A stretch of DNA of 64,000 bases. Source: Bacillota bacterium. Lineage in GTDB: Bacteria; Bacillota; Sulfobacillia; Sulfobacillales; JAIMBI01. Under the pieces are notes generated by a model. The model ran no database searches, was not told where the DNA came from, and saw only the letters and a list, made by a program, of their open reading frames with translations. Where the stretch lies: NCBI GenBank assembly GCA_021846565.1, contig JAJZWS010000005.1:10321-74320 (forward strand), in the 5' to 3' direction. This document shows positions 1-10,156 of the stretch, one piece after another. The first letter of the stretch is position 1. Each line of letters begins with the position of its first letter. A program made the translations under genes and the position numbers.

Positions 1-192
1 AAGACGCGGGTGCTGGTGGTGGTAGGCGCCAAAGACCGCGAACTCCGCGACGCAGCCGCCGAGGGTACCTGGGTGGCCCAGCAGCTGCGCGGCCGACGCC
101 TGATCGTGGCGACCGCCGGACACTACCCGTCGGCGGAGTCCCCGGAAGTGGTCGGGCCCGAGGTGGTGCGCTTCCTGTCCAAGGTCAGGTAA
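1..192 (+). CDS. alpha/beta hydrolase, C-terminal fragment (5' end outside window)
   Basis: Ends ...VLVVVGAKD...AGHYPSAESPEVVGPEVVRFL, the typical Asp/His end of an alpha/beta hydrolase fold; frame open from base 1. Confidence 0.7.
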   Translation, partial: KTRVLVVVGAKDRELRDAAAEGTWVAQQLRGRRLIVATAGHYPSAESPEVVGPEVVRFLSKVR

Positions 193-265
193 GGCCCCTC
201 GGTCGACGGCGCCTCGATGGGCGTGACGGCGCGCCGGTGTTCGTCGGCGGTGGTTCAACGAGACC

Positions 266-312
266 AAGAAAACACAAGACGCGGGCAAAGGAGAGCCTTT
301 CCCCGCGTCTTG
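266..312 (-). terminator. intrinsic terminator after the RRM gene
   Basis: Hairpin CAAGACGCGGG...CCCGCGTCTTG followed on the - strand by TGTTTTCTT, just past the stop at 321. Confidence 0.7.
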
Positions 313-320
313 CGAGAGCC

Positions 321-593
321 TTAGTAGCGGCGCGAACGCTCCTCGCGAGGACGCGCCTCGTTCACCGTCAAAGCACGGCCGCCGAAGTCGACCCCGCTCA
401 AACGCTCGATGGCGTGTTCCGCATGCTCATCCGCGACTTCCGCAAAACCGAATCCGCGGCTCCGGCCGGTTTCCCGATCCGTCGCCACCCGAACGGACTC
501 CACTTCTACGTTGGCCTCGTTGCGGAAAAGCTCCCGCAGTGATTCTTCCGTCGCCGACCACGGCAGATTGCCGATGTAAAGAGACTTCGACAT
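321..593 (-). CDS. RNA-binding protein (single RRM domain)
   Basis: MSKSLYIGNLPW (RNP2) and RSRGFGFAEV (RNP1), ending LTVNEARPREER; SD GGGGAGAG upstream of ATG 593. Confidence 0.93.
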   Translation of the reverse strand: MSKSLYIGNLPWSATEESLRELFRNEANVEVESVRVATDRETGRSRGFGFAEVADEHAEHAIERLSGVDFGGRALTVNEARPREERSRRY

Positions 594-776
594 AGTTACA
601 CACTCTCCCCAGACACAATTTGCACTGGGAAGCAGCTGTGAAGGTTTGGATCTGCATGGCTCAACCCGGACGTGCTCAATCAGCATACCACTCCGCTCCC
701 CGTTAATGCAAGGGGCAAACTGGGCGAATTCGTCCAGCGGTGAAATTTTTTTCCCTGAGCTGGCGGTGCCAAGGAA

Positions 777-3700
777 TTAGGGAGGACCCAGGGCGCTGAG
801 GGCGTGCTGGATCCGGGCCCGCTCCTGGGTGGGGGACTCCCACCAGTCCAGTGCCCAGGTCCGATGAATGCGCCATCCCAGTTCTGTCAGCACGGAAGCC
901 CGCAAGAGCTCGCGGTCGCCCACCGAGGGGAGGGCGGCGTACCCGGCCCCGTCCGTGAGCACGGCCAGTCCATAACGGTCGGGGTCGGTCGGGTCCACCA
1001 GCGCCAAATCGACCCGGAAGTCTGAGAGGCCCACGCCCACGTGGGCTTCGACGCCGTGCTCCGCCAATTCGGCCTGGATGTCGGCCAAGAGGCCGCCCGC
1101 CACGGCATGCTCGCCGGCGGTCGCGGGCGCCGAGGACATCGGCTGGGTCGCATACGCCAGATAGTCGCGCAGATCGCGGGCGCCGTCGGCGCGGGTGCGA
1201 CTGAGGTCAATGTCCTCAGGACCAATGCTGGCAAACAGTTGGGCTCGGAGGCGGGCGCGCGTGACGGCCACGTTGAGCCGACGAGGGCCGCCCGCCTGGT
1301 TCAGAGGGCCAAAATTCATGGCCATGCGCCCGCCGGCATCGCGGCCGAACGTGATGGAGAAGAAAATCACGTCGCGCTCGTCCCCCTGGACGTTCTCAAG
1401 GTTCTTCACAAAGACGCGCTCCGCCCCCTGCGCTGTGATGGCGGCCTCGAGGGCCGCATCCTCACTCTGCCGCTGGTCCAGCAGGGTCTCGATGAGTTGC
1501 TGCTGGGGCTGATTGAACGTAACCACGCCCAGCGTCTCGGTCGCGTGGTCGGGATCCTGGAAGTGCGCCTGAATCGCGTCCACGACCGCCAGGGCCTCGG
1601 CATGATTCGTCCGGCTGCCGCCCCGGTCATAGACGCCGCCCACTCGCACGAGGCGGACCGCCCGATCCTCCGTGCGGGGAGCGGGAATGGTGATCAATTG
1701 CCCGCCGTAATAGTGCTGGTTCGAGAACGCGATGAGCCGCTCATGCCGGCTGCGGTAATGCCATCGGAGGGATAGGCAGGGGACACCGGCCCCCAGGCAC
1801 TCGTCGAGGACGCTTTCCAAATCCTCGGTGTCGGGCGAAGCCTCCCCATCGTCGCCACCGCCCTGCCCACTGAAAAACTGCGTGGGGGGCAGCTGCTTGG
1901 GGTCCCCGACGACGATCGCTTGTCGTCCGCGCGCCATCACGCCCACGGCGTCCCAGACGGCGATCTGCGAGGCTTCGTCGAAAATGACGACGTCAAAGCG
2001 CGTGTCGGCGTCCAAATACTGGGCCGCGGACAGGGGAGACATGAGGAGACACGGCTTGATGCGGGGCAGCAGGGGCCCCAGGCGCTCCAGCAGCACCCGC
2101 ACGGGCAGGTGCTGGCGCTGCTTTTGCAGTTCCCGCAGCAGGGTGCGCATGGCCGGGTCCCGGGAGGACGTGGCAGGGACGGGCACCTGGGCGGCCAGAC
2201 GGTGGACGAGGTGCTGGGCCGCCCGTGCCCTCACCCGCTCGTCCAGAGTCCGAAGCCGATCGATGCGCCTCAGCTGTTCCGTCCGCGAAAATCCCGCCAG
2301 TTCCGGCTCCTGATCCATTACCATGCGGGCCCACCAGGTACGATACGAATACGTCCACTGTGGCAGCAGGTCGGCCGGCGCCGTGCGGCCGTCTTCGGCG
2401 GCGGCCACCACTGGGGCGAGCTCGGCCGCCAGTGCCTCGCGCCGGGTGGCCTGCCAACCGCACCAGCGGCGCCAGTCACCCTTCGCGCGGAGCCACCGGG
2501 CGGCCAAGCGGGACGCGTGCTGCACCGGGTCGGAGGCATCCGCTAGCTCAAGCGAGCCGCCCAGGGCCTCCACCGCCGCCGCGGCCGTGCAGAACGCCGG
2601 CCAGGCCTCCACAACAGTCGCGGGGGTGTCGGCGCCTCCGTTCGCCATCCAGTCCCCAGCCCAGCGGGCCAGCGCCGGGGTGCCACTTCCGCTGAGCATC
2701 CCCAGCGCGCGCCGGGCGTCTCGGTGCCACCTCGCCACCTGGGCTACTTCGTCCCAGTTGGTTTGGGCACCCTGGTAGATCGATCCTAAGAGCATAGGCG
2801 CCGACGGCTCCAGCGCGGCCAGCTCGGCTGCGGCCTGCTGCCAGTGCGTCAGCACGTCCAGCATATCGGCCACCTGCACGCCGGACGCCCTGCCGCCCAC
2901 CTGCGCGTGGGCATTCAGCGTGGCGCGCACGGCGCGCTCCCCTCGCCATTTGCCTAGCCACCGGGCCTGCTGGGCCCGCTCCCAGGTGGAGGCCAGGAGG
3001 GTGGCGTCCACGGCGGCGATGGAGTCCCGAAAGTAGGGGGCGAGCCGCTCCCAGCTGGCGGTGATGGCCCGGCCCAGCGCTTCGGCGCGCTGGAGCACGA
3101 TGCCGGTTGCCTCATTCAGCGCGCCGCGCACCCCAGCCGGCACGTCGCGGCCCCCGCCGCCGACCGCGAGCGCGTCGGCAAGCGCGCCCAGTTCCGCAAA
3201 CGACGCCGGGGTGGACAGGGGCCAGCCGGCGTCCTGAAGCGGCGGGAGCGCCTGCTCCATGTCAGACGCCGCCCGGCGCAGCACCAGCAGCGCTCCTTCT
3301 AAGGCGGCCGCCCACCCGCTCGACCATTCGGTGGCGGCGAGGCCCTGCAAAGGATGGTGGGGCCGTGGGGAGACGTCTGTGGCGCGGGCCGCCAGCTGCT
3401 CCACCAGTAGGTCCCGCTGCTGCAGCGCCGCCTCATCGAATCGGTCGGACTCACGCCACGCCAGCGGGAGTGGAGAAAATCGCTCGGCGCGGCGCTCGAC
3501 CACCACCGTCTCCAGGGCTTCGGCCAAGGACAGTCCGTTCGCGTGACGCCGGTGCAGCACCGCGTTCCAGTGAGCCAGCTGGTGCCGTACGCTCGCCAGG
3601 TCGTTGGCGGCCGCGGCCCACCGGGGGTCCGCCACCGGCCCAGCTGCGTCAAAGGCCGCCTGGAGCTGGTTCAGCACTTCCCGCTTGTTGGAGCGGGCCG

Positions 3701-5966
3701 AGTGCAACTCGAGGCAAAAGGGGGCCAGGCCCAACGCGTCCAACCGGCGCTGCACCACTTGCAGCGCCGCGGTTTTCTCAGACACAAACAGGACGGTTTT
3801 GCCCTCACCCAGAAAATTGGCGATGAGATTGGTGATGGTTTGCGATTTGCCGGTGCCGGGAGGGCCCTTGATCACCAGGTCGTGGCCCTCGCGCGCTCGC
3901 GCGAGGACGTTCAGCTGAGCCGAGTCAGCGGGGAGCGGCGCCAGGAGCGCCGCCTGGCCGAGGCGTTCATCCAGGTCGTCCCGCCGGTCCAGGTCTCGGG
4001 CGGGGTCGGGGGCGCCGGCGCCCAAAATGTGCGCGACCATGTGGCTCTCCAGCAGCGCGTCGGCCCGCTGTTCCAGGTCGCGCCACATCAGGTGCTTCGC
4101 GAACGACAGCAGGCTCACAGCACAGTACGACTGCACCTCGAATCCGGGGAGATCTTTCACGGCCAATCGCAGGGCCTGCAGGACCCGCTCGACATCCACC
4201 CCATGGTCATCGGCGGGCAGCGGATCCCATCCGCGGACCTCCACGCCAAACCGGTCGCGCAGCAGTTGCAGCAGGGTCGGGTTCACCAGTGTCTCGTCAT
4301 CATGGCGCCCGAGCCCAAAGTGGCTCCGCACCGAGGTGCGCGTCATCGTGACGGGCACCAGCAGAATGGGAGCGTGATGAAATGGGCCGCGGTTGCCGTC
4401 TTCTGACCACATGAGCATGCCCAGGGTGAGAAACAGTGTGTTGGCGCCGCCCTCTTCCCGGCCCGTCCGGGCGGTCCGAAACATCTCCAGCAGCCGGGTT
4501 TGCATCGTATCTCGGGGAAGCCACACGACCAGTTCCCGACGCGCCACCCAGTCGTACTGGCCCAGCATGTCGGGCACCTCCCCGGTCTTCGAAGCCAAAA
4601 GCGCGGCCGACCGCGGATCTTCGACGGATAACAGGTCTTGGGCGGACCGAAAGCGCCAGTCGCGCCCACTCGCCAGGGCATCCTCCACCAGCGCCGGATC
4701 AGGGACGACCAGCCGCACCGACAATCGCGACAGCTTGAAGTTCAAAAGGCGGTTGCGCAGGGTCAGGTCCAGCAGGCGGGACTTCCAGACCGCGAGGCGC
4801 TGAGCCGTAGGGTCCTTGGGCGAGGTGGGGCTCGTCAGCTCACCCAGGTCCAGGGGTGGCAGCTCGGGGACCGCCTCGATGGGTGCAGACGCCATCGGCT
4901 CCTGCTCGTCGACCGCCCCGCCCGCCACCCACCGCGTGGCGAGGGGACGCACCTTGGCGCGGCGGCATGCGGCGATGTCCACGGCACACCAAAAGCGGGT
5001 CTCGGATTCCAAGAGATGACTCGTTCCCATTTCCACCGCGGCGCTGAAAGGCGGGACCGGCCGCGAGGCGACGGCGGTGGCTTCCAGGGCGAGCATCTCG
5101 CCGGCCGAGACGCGTTTTCTGAGTGCCAGCAGGTCGTCCTCCAACACGGCCGGCAGGCTGGTGTCCACGAGCCAGACGCCCACCCAGGCGTGACCCTCGC
5201 TCAGGAACACGAGGGCATGGAGTCCCGCCTGCTCCAGGCAGGCGGTGAGCAGCATCGCCAGGTCCAGGCAGGTGCCGAGTCCCCCATCGATCATGCGGTC
5301 GGGCGTGCGGATTTTCTGGCCCTGCTGCTCGAATGACGCCGGCGGATTGCTGTACAGTACCCCGGTGGCGGCCACGGCCTGATAGATGGCAGCCACCTGA
5401 CGCCAGACATCCTCGCGCTGACCGGACTGGTAGCCCGACAGGGCGCCGGGGGGATCGGAGCCCGCGAGCAGACGGGCGGCGCGGCCCACCAGGCGCTCCA
5501 CCACGGGGTGGTTGGGCAGGCTGAACGCCGCCAGGAGGCCCGGCCACACCCGGAGGCCGGGCCAGTCATCGTACGCCATGAGGGCCACGGGGTACGTCCG
5601 AGCCCCCAGCAGCGTACCATTCGGGTCTCTCACCTCAGCGGTGATCTCCCCGTCCGTGGCTTCTGCGAGCTCGGACAGGTAGCGCTCGCGAAACCTCAAG
5701 TCGACCGGCTGAATCTCCCGCGTCTCCCCCGCGGCGAGACGGTCGATTTCGATCCCGGTGCCGCGCAAGGCCGACCCCGACAGTTCCAGGCGGACGTGCT
5801 CCAACGCCGCAGCGCCCCGGTTGGAGATCCGGGCCCGCTCCACGACCGGAATGCTGTTGCGTTCGGCCGCATGGTTGATGATGGGCTGGCAGTCCAAGTC
5901 AATTTGGACGACGGCGTGGGCCAGTGGGCCAGGGGCGGGGGCTCCCACCCCGTCGGACTTTTGCAT
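777..5966 (-). CDS. DUF4011-domain superfamily 1 helicase with C-terminal Vsr/REase-like domain (Hhe-like, putative anti-phage)
   Basis: WKSRLLDLTLRNRLLNF (DUF4011), Walker A GPPGTGKSQT, DEASQ, VGDPKQLPP, HYRS, ENVQGDERD, RLNVAVTRAR, C-terminal RVDLAL...LGWRIHRTWALDWW; SD before ATG 5966. Confidence 0.88.
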   Translation of the reverse strand: MQKSDGVGAPAPGPLAHAVVQIDLDCQPIINHAAERNSIPVVERARISNRGAAALEHVRLELSGSALRGTGIEIDRLAAGETREIQPVDLRFRERYLSELAEATDGEITAEVRDPNGTLLGARTYPVALMAYDDWPGLRVWPGLLAAFSLPNHPVVERLVGRAARLLAGSDPPGALSGYQSGQREDVWRQVAAIYQAVAATGVLYSNPPASFEQQGQKIRTPDRMIDGGLGTCLDLAMLLTACLEQAGLHALVFLSEGHAWVGVWLVDTSLPAVLEDDLLALRKRVSAGEMLALEATAVASRPVPPFSAAVEMGTSHLLESETRFWCAVDIAACRRAKVRPLATRWVAGGAVDEQEPMASAPIEAVPELPPLDLGELTSPTSPKDPTAQRLAVWKSRLLDLTLRNRLLNFKLSRLSVRLVVPDPALVEDALASGRDWRFRSAQDLLSVEDPRSAALLASKTGEVPDMLGQYDWVARRELVVWLPRDTMQTRLLEMFRTARTGREEGGANTLFLTLGMLMWSEDGNRGPFHHAPILLVPVTMTRTSVRSHFGLGRHDDETLVNPTLLQLLRDRFGVEVRGWDPLPADDHGVDVERVLQALRLAVKDLPGFEVQSYCAVSLLSFAKHLMWRDLEQRADALLESHMVAHILGAGAPDPARDLDRRDDLDERLGQAALLAPLPADSAQLNVLARAREGHDLVIKGPPGTGKSQTITNLIANFLGEGKTVLFVSEKTAALQVVQRRLDALGLAPFCLELHSARSNKREVLNQLQAAFDAAGPVADPRWAAAANDLASVRHQLAHWNAVLHRRHANGLSLAEALETVVVERRAERFSPLPLAWRESDRFDEAALQQRDLLVEQLAARATDVSPRPHHPLQGLAATEWSSGWAAALEGALLVLRRAASDMEQALPPLQDAGWPLSTPASFAELGALADALAVGGGGRDVPAGVRGALNEATGIVLQRAEALGRAITASWERLAPYFRDSIAAVDATLLASTWERAQQARWLGKWRGERAVRATLNAHAQVGGRASGVQVADMLDVLTHWQQAAAELAALEPSAPMLLGSIYQGAQTNWDEVAQVARWHRDARRALGMLSGSGTPALARWAGDWMANGGADTPATVVEAWPAFCTAAAAVEALGGSLELADASDPVQHASRLAARWLRAKGDWRRWCGWQATRREALAAELAPVVAAAEDGRTAPADLLPQWTYSYRTWWARMVMDQEPELAGFSRTEQLRRIDRLRTLDERVRARAAQHLVHRLAAQVPVPATSSRDPAMRTLLRELQKQRQHLPVRVLLERLGPLLPRIKPCLLMSPLSAAQYLDADTRFDVVIFDEASQIAVWDAVGVMARGRQAIVVGDPKQLPPTQFFSGQGGGDDGEASPDTEDLESVLDECLGAGVPCLSLRWHYRSRHERLIAFSNQHYYGGQLITIPAPRTEDRAVRLVRVGGVYDRGGSRTNHAEALAVVDAIQAHFQDPDHATETLGVVTFNQPQQQLIETLLDQRQSEDAALEAAITAQGAERVFVKNLENVQGDERDVIFFSITFGRDAGGRMAMNFGPLNQAGGPRRLNVAVTRARLRAQLFASIGPEDIDLSRTRADGARDLRDYLAYATQPMSSAPATAGEHAVAGGLLADIQAELAEHGVEAHVGVGLSDFRVDLALVDPTDPDRYGLAVLTDGAGYAALPSVGDRELLRASVLTELGWRIHRTWALDWWESPTQERARIQHALSALGPP

Positions 5967-6170
5967 TGCACACCTTCCCCGTGAAGTTTGCGATCGTCTG
6001 AATGGCAATACCTGCATGATTCGCCGCCATCCGCCCCGATTCCTGCCGAGTGCCGGATCGGTGAAACGCGGCTGCTATCTCCTGCCGCAAGATCCGCGAG
6101 CGCCGGGCGGACTGACGATGGGTGACGACCAGGAGCCGGTCCGCTAGGCTCAGGCAAAGGGGGCGGAGGC

Positions 6171-8405
6171 TTGCGGCTCATCATTGCGGAAAAGCCCAGC
6201 GTGGCGCGCGCCATTGCGGGGGTGCTGGGGCGCCCCACGCGTCAGGAGGGGTTCCTTGCGGTGGGGAGCGATCTGGTCTCGTGGGCCCAGGGACATCTGG
6301 TGAGCCTGGCGGAGCCCGAGGCGTATCAGCCGGAGTGGCGCCGGTGGAGCTGGGCTGGTCTGCCCATGCTGCCCGAGGCGTTTCGGCTGGCGCCGGTCTC
6401 GAGCGGTCGTGAGCAGCTGCAGGTGCTGGCCCGGCTGGTGAAGCGCGCCGACGTGGACGCTATCGTCGTGGCCACCGATGCGGACCGGGAGGGGGAGCTC
6501 ATCGCCCGCTGGCTGCTGCGCCACCTGAAGGTCCGACAGCCTGCGCTCCGACTGTGGCTCTCTGAAACGACGCCGTCCGCCATTCGGACGGCCCTCTCGC
6601 GCCTCGAGCCGGCGTCGGCCTATGAGCACCTGGGCCAGGCCGCGGAGGCGCGCGCCGAGGCGGACTGGCTGGTGGGGCTCAACGCGACGCGGGCCATCAC
6701 GCTGCGGCACGGGCAGCGCGGCCAGGGCGCCCTTTCGGTTGGGCGCGTACAAACCCCTACGCTGCGTCTCATCGCGGACCGGGATGCGGAGATTGACCGC
6801 TTCCGTGCCACGCCCTACTGGCAGGTGGAAGCCACGTTTATCACGACTGCGGCGCCGGAGGGCGAAACGTACCGCGGGGTCTGGATAGCATCCGGCCAGG
6901 CCGAGCCGGCCGACCGCATTCGGGATCGGGCCGTGGCCGAGCGTGTCATGCAACAGGTGCCGTCCGGCACGCCCGGCGTGGTGAGCCGCCGCGAGTCCCA
7001 GCGGGTGACCGTCCACCCACCTCGGCTGTACAACTTGGCCGACCTGCAGAAAGACGCGAACCGGCGGTTCGGGATGACCGCGCAGGACACGCTCGGCGCG
7101 GCGCAGCGTCTGTACGAGGCGCGTCTGGCAAGCTATCCCCGCACCGACGCGCGGGCCGTGTCGGCGGTGGAGGCCGCGTCCATGGGCCAGCGGCTCGGGA
7201 GCCTGGGCGCGCTCTATGGCGAATTGGTGTCGGCACTCCCGTCTCCTCTACCGCTGGGACGCATCACCAACGACGCCGAGGTGGCGAAGGCCGGACACCC
7301 GGCCATCGTGCCGACGGGCGAGCGACCGGGTCCTTCGGTGTCGGCGCGAGACCTGAAGATTTATGATCTCGTTGTGCGCCGCACGTTCGCGGCGCTGCTG
7401 CCGCCAGGCGTCGACGAGCGGACGACGGTGTGGACCAAGGCGGCGGGCGAACCCTTTCGCACCCAGGGCTCCGTGGTGGTGGTGCCGGGCTGGCGGATCG
7501 CCACGGGGCGCCTGCCCGCGGCGCAGGACCCCGACGCCGAGGCCGAGGCGCGCGAGCGGATCCCCGCAGGCTTGGCCGCCGGCCAATCTGTGGAGGTGAG
7601 CGGATTGGACTTGTTGGCAAAAACCACCAAGCCCCCGGCGCACCTGACCGATGCGACCCTGCTGGCGCTCATGGAAAAGCACGGCTTGGGCACGCCCGCG
7701 ACCCGGGCGGGGATCCTCGACACGCTGGTGCGCCGGGCGTACGTCGTGCGGGAAAAGAAAACGCTCGTGAGCACGGCCAAGGGTCGGGCGCTGTTAGAGG
7801 TGGCGCCGTCCGCCCTGCAGAGTCCGGATCTCACCGGCGACTGGGAAGCTCAGTTGGAGGCGATTGCGGGCGGCACCGGCGATGCGGCCGCGTTTGTCCA
7901 GTCGATCCGCGTCTACACGGCCGACGTGGTGTCGGCCGTGCGGGAGCAGGCCGCCACGGTGGTGGCCGGGGCCGCGAACGGCGTCACCGATGCCTCGACA
8001 CCGCTCGGGCCTTGCCCCGTCTGTCACGAGGGGCAGGTCGTGGCGACGCCCAAGGGCTGGGGCTGCTCGCGCTGGAAGGGGGGCTGCGCATTCACCATCT
8101 GGCGCACCGTGGCCAAGAAGCGTTTGACGGAACGGCAGCTGGCCACCCTCCTGGCGGGCAAAACCACCGGGGTGCTGAAGGGATTCAAAAACCGGGCCGG
8201 CCAGCCGTTCAGCGCCCGGCTGACCTTGCAAGATGGGCGCGTCACGTTTGTCTTCGGAGGCCACACGCCGGGGGCGCCGGACCGACGGGAGCCTGCTGAA
8301 CCGGTGGCCGCCCCCTGTGCGGCGCCCGCGCCGCGCCGTCGTCCGACACGCACCCGGCGCCCCGCCGCGAAGAAGACGGCCAGGGCCCGCCGCGGGCCGG
8401 CCTGA
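6171..8405 (+). CDS. topB: DNA topoisomerase III (type IA) with C-terminal Zn-ribbon/Toprim_Crpt-like tail
   Basis: IIAEKPS, ATDADREGE, SVGRVQTPTL, catalytic SYPRTD, GLGTPATRA, CPVC...GCS; TTG start with SD. Confidence 0.9.
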   Translation: MRLIIAEKPSVARAIAGVLGRPTRQEGFLAVGSDLVSWAQGHLVSLAEPEAYQPEWRRWSWAGLPMLPEAFRLAPVSSGREQLQVLARLVKRADVDAIVVATDADREGELIARWLLRHLKVRQPALRLWLSETTPSAIRTALSRLEPASAYEHLGQAAEARAEADWLVGLNATRAITLRHGQRGQGALSVGRVQTPTLRLIADRDAEIDRFRATPYWQVEATFITTAAPEGETYRGVWIASGQAEPADRIRDRAVAERVMQQVPSGTPGVVSRRESQRVTVHPPRLYNLADLQKDANRRFGMTAQDTLGAAQRLYEARLASYPRTDARAVSAVEAASMGQRLGSLGALYGELVSALPSPLPLGRITNDAEVAKAGHPAIVPTGERPGPSVSARDLKIYDLVVRRTFAALLPPGVDERTTVWTKAAGEPFRTQGSVVVVPGWRIATGRLPAAQDPDAEAEARERIPAGLAAGQSVEVSGLDLLAKTTKPPAHLTDATLLALMEKHGLGTPATRAGILDTLVRRAYVVREKKTLVSTAKGRALLEVAPSALQSPDLTGDWEAQLEAIAGGTGDAAAFVQSIRVYTADVVSAVREQAATVVAGAANGVTDASTPLGPCPVCHEGQVVATPKGWGCSRWKGGCAFTIWRTVAKKRLTERQLATLLAGKTTGVLKGFKNRAGQPFSARLTLQDGRVTFVFGGHTPGAPDRREPAEPVAAPCAAPAPRRRPTRTRRPAAKKTARARRGPA

Positions 8406-8417
8406 GTCCGCGTGGCC

Positions 8418-9407
8418 TCAGTCCCAGCCTTCGGACAACACCCGAGAAAGTTCGTCGTCGGATCCGTTGGCCCCGGTGAGTGGCAGGATGACGCGGCGTC
8501 GCTGAAGCTCGTCCCGAGCCCGGAGCGCAGCGGCAAGGCCTGCGGCGCCCGCCATTTCCGGCAGAACCCGCGCGTGGCGCAGCAGCAGGCGCTGAGCCGC
8601 GTACAGCTCGCGGTCGCTGACCAGCACGACGTCATCTACGGTGTCGCGAATCATGGCGAGGGGCAGGGAAAACGCCACCCGCGTGGCCAGCCCCTCGGCC
8701 TCGGTCTTCACGGCGGGGGTCTCTTCCAGCCGGCCCGTGCGATACGCGTTGTGCAGCGCCGGCGCGCCTTCGGCCTGCACGCCGATCACCCGCGCCGACG
8801 GGTTGACGGTTTTCGCCACCAGTCCGGCCGCGGACGCCCCCGACCCCCCACCCATGGGGACGAAAATCACGTCGGCGTCCGGCGCCTCCTCCAACGCTTC
8901 CAGATAGAGGGTGCCCACCCCCGCGATGAGCAGGGGCTCGTTCATCGAGTGCACGTAGCGGGCGCCCTGCGCCGCCGCATAAGCTTCCGCCGCTTCCCGC
9001 GCGGCATCAAAGTCGCGCCCGGTCCGCACGACAGTGGCTCCCAGACGCTCCATGGCGCGGGTTTTTACGTCGTTAGCCGCCTCGGGGACGAATACGCGCA
9101 CCGGCACGTCGAACAGCCGCCCCGCATAAGCCACCGACTGCCCGTGATTGCCCGTGGACGCTGCCACCATCCCTACCGGGGGCAGCCTGCCGGCCGCATG
9201 GTCGGCGGCCGCGAGGTTCACCCCGCCGCGCACCTTGAAGGCCCGAATGGGGAGGAGGACCTCGAGCTTCAGCAGCACGTCAAAACCGAGCGCATCCGAG
9301 AGGCTGTCGGCCCGGATGAGGGGCGTGGGGGCCAGATAGGGTCGGATGCGGCGGCGCGCCGCCAGCACATCGGCGAACGTCGGTCGGGATTCATGGTCAG
9401 CAGACAC
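8418..9407 (-). CDS. PLP-dependent threonine/serine dehydratase (serine racemase family)
   Basis: AFKVRGG PLP lysine, ASTGNHGQS, PMGGGSG; GTG start at 9407 with GAGGAGG SD. The upstream part of the 682-aa ORF is not part of the gene. Confidence 0.88.
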   Translation of the reverse strand: MSADHESRPTFADVLAARRRIRPYLAPTPLIRADSLSDALGFDVLLKLEVLLPIRAFKVRGGVNLAAADHAAGRLPPVGMVAASTGNHGQSVAYAGRLFDVPVRVFVPEAANDVKTRAMERLGATVVRTGRDFDAAREAAEAYAAAQGARYVHSMNEPLLIAGVGTLYLEALEEAPDADVIFVPMGGGSGASAAGLVAKTVNPSARVIGVQAEGAPALHNAYRTGRLEETPAVKTEAEGLATRVAFSLPLAMIRDTVDDVVLVSDRELYAAQRLLLRHARVLPEMAGAAGLAAALRARDELQRRRVILPLTGANGSDDELSRVLSEGWD

Positions 9408-9479
9408 GGTGCACCTCCTCAGGCTCATTGTCAGGGGGCACGGCGAGATCGGCGCCGACGGCCAGACCGACAGCCCCAA

Positions 9480-10007
9480 CCCACCCACCTCAGTCTGAAG
9501 CCCGTGCACGAAGTTGGCAAACGGCAGGCGGCGTGCAGAGCGGTCCCGCATCGATACGTGGGGGTGGTCGGCGCATGGGCCGCTACGCGCTCTCCCCACG
9601 TGAGGGGGTCCACTCGCCGGCCGGCACCGCGCCAAACCTGGTCCCGACCCGTTGGCGACCGCCGAGCCACGCAATAGGGCCGAAAGAGCCCACGTAATCG
9701 AGCGGGTGGCCAGATTCGGGGTTTCCCGTGGGCCCAGAACCGACGCGGAGACGGCGTCCTCGCCATCCAGCCACGCGGTCAGAAAGTTGATGAGATGGCG
9801 CTTGGCAACCAGCGTCGAGCTTTGGCGATGAGATGCCCCACGGCGTCGGCCAGCGCGGCGACAAAAGCATAATCCCGAGCCATGTAGGCGGCAAACGTGT
9901 GAGCCGGCAGGGCATCGGAGGCCAGTGCCTCGAGAAAAGGGTGCCTCGGCCCACCGTGACGCCACACGGGATTTCTCGGAACGGGCTTCGGGATGAGTCC
10001 TCGGCAT
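9480..10007 (-). pseudogene. frameshifted TenA/THI-4 (thiaminase II) family gene
   Basis: HPFLEALASDALPAHTFAAYMARDYAFVAALADAVGHLIAKA matches the TenA N-terminus; continuation (KRHLINFLTAWLDGE; PFANFVHGLQTEV) lies in another frame; boundaries approximate. Confidence 0.6.
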
Positions 10008-10156
10008 GGTCGCGTTGCTTCCCTGCGGCCCTGGTCGAGGGTTAGGATAGCACCCGCTGCGCGGCGCCGGTGGGCGCAGACACGGGGTGCCCCCGCTTGG
10101 ACCAAATCGGTACAATAGGCGCATACAGCGTCGAATGGGGTCGGGACGGGGTGGCG

